From assembly GCA_001662655.1 (NCBI GenBank), contig KV460225.1: a stretch of DNA of 35,390 nt; one strand, given 5' to 3'. Each line of letters opens with the position of its first letter. Position 1 is the first letter of the stretch. Shown here one piece after another: positions 34,149 through 35,390 of this stretch. The translations under genes were made by a program, and so were the position numbers. The stretch comes from Pseudogymnoascus verrucosus. Its lineage: Eukaryota. A model generated the notes under the pieces. The model saw only the letters and a list, made by a program, of their open reading frames with translations, made no database searches and was not told the origin of the DNA.

Positions 34149-34520
34149 ATGGTTGCCGCGAAAACCCCTACAAAAGCAGCAAACGCCAAAACAGCAGAGG
34201 CTCGTGCAAAGCGTAAAGCCGAAGTAAGAGCAAAAGTTAAACAAGCCAGCAATAAGCTTGAAGAGCTCACGAAGCATGACGAAGAAATCTAGATTAAGCT
34301 GAAGGAGCTCCGCAAGAAGTATGATAACGGTGCCAATCCCCAGTATAAAGAGGAGTTAGATGCACTTCAGCTCGCATCGGTTGAGTCTGGTGATAAGTTG
34401 ATGAATTGTCAAACCGATGTAGAAATGGCCAATAAGGAGGAAATTGGCATAGATAAAATGGACGTCGATTCGCTCTTTGTTGAAGAAGGAGACAACGGTA
34501 GCGATGGTCCATCGTCTAGC
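34149..34520 (+). pseudogene. Lys/Ala-rich coiled-coil gene fragment with one TAG, apparently truncated
   Basis: MVAAKTPTKAANAKTAEARAKRKAEV...EEI*IKLKELRKKY...DSLFVEEGDNG in one frame. Confidence 0.45.
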
Positions 34521-35390
34521 AGCTCCCACATCTCCTCAAAGTTGTCGTCCTCAAACTTGGGGTTCTCAAACTTGGCAGAGGAGTATATTGGAGTGAAAAG
34601 CTCTTCCGTACACAACTTTGTACACCATTTAGAGAATTGAGCCTCTGTCATGTTTCCTTCGCCTGTCGGAAATGATGAGGCTATACTAAATGGTTGGGTT
34701 GACGCGGCCATACTTATCTCGTGTCGCTGTAGAGCTTGTGATGGGGTTTGAGAATAAAGGACGAGGAAGCTTAGCTCTTTAGAAGTGGGAAGAGGAGCCT
34801 TCTTATAGACCTGGAGCACATACGACGAGCTAAGTTGCTGATCAATCATCACATGGTCTTGTCTGTCTTTGAGGCAGTGCATTTTCTCTAGAGCTCGAGC
34901 TAATGGTATTTTAGGGGTAAAAACAGACTGATGAGCTGCAGAACCCCCTTGCTTGGTCCTTTCTTGCGTCTGTAACTAGGCAACAGCTGAGTCTCCACCG
35001 CTAGATAGGCTGATGAGCTGCATGACCCCTTGGTCTTGGTCATGTTAGTTGGTAATGGCGGAGCTGGAAGTGCGTTCCGAGCTCGTCGCGCGCTACATTT
35101 CCGCGATCCGAGGCAGACTAAATGCGAGCTCAGAGAGCTGAATAGAGGAACTGCACAGCCTAACGCTGAAGTAGGAACCGTTGATGCCTGAGATGGCCCG
35201 AAATGAAGAATGGGACTGAGGCAGAACATGCAGGTATTACCCCTTTATCATTATAACACGTTATCAGGCGCTTCAACGAGAGTCTAGCCGAGAAATGTTT
35301 GCCTTTGGGGGATGCCCGTCTTGTTGTCACAGCTACATGAATGCAGATGCAACATCACTGTGGTTTACGTGGCGTTGTTGATGGAGGAAG

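Noticed and set aside
34409..35229. Minus-strand ORFs of 157 and 109 aa
   Set aside because: They may be a gene relic, but there is no domain or consistent exon model and they overlap an opposite-strand fragment. Support is too weak to call.

Overview
Filamentous ascomycete (Pezizomycotina-type) genomic DNA. This is supported by short GT-AG introns with CTRAC branch points and by strong RIP-type C->T (CpA->TpA) mutation of repeats. 1.8-9.1 kb holds four intact genes: an intronless beta-lactamase-family serine hydrolase, a small membrane protein, a Git3/GprC-D-like GPCR and a Cys-rich single-pass surface protein. A Myb/SANT gene (9.9-11.7 kb) and a large RIP-broken gene (23.8-26.0 kb) are divergently arranged around an AT-rich RIP'd TE nest (about 11.9-23.5 kb). 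The nest contains a complete chromovirus (Ty3/Gypsy; 15912-22885, TSD AGGCA) inserted into a solo LTR of a sister family (TSD CTATA), plus a truncated, probably non-autonomous relative. The right part holds RIP'd relics of two MADS-box-like genes, a SesA-type NLR N-terminus fused tail-to-tail to a ferric reductase, and a Ginger-like integrase DNA transposon (30998-33199, 96-bp TIRs, TSD TATA). The most notable observation is a pair of inward-facing ~100-bp inverted termini at 900 and 27936. Each carries a 16/18-bp-phased AGGTACCT array, and together they bracket about 27 kb. The Myb, FRE and NLR genes typical of Starship-type regions lie inside or beside this span, and the same phased array recurs in a retrotransposon U3. 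No tyrosine-recombinase captain or transposase for this putative giant element is visible in the window.
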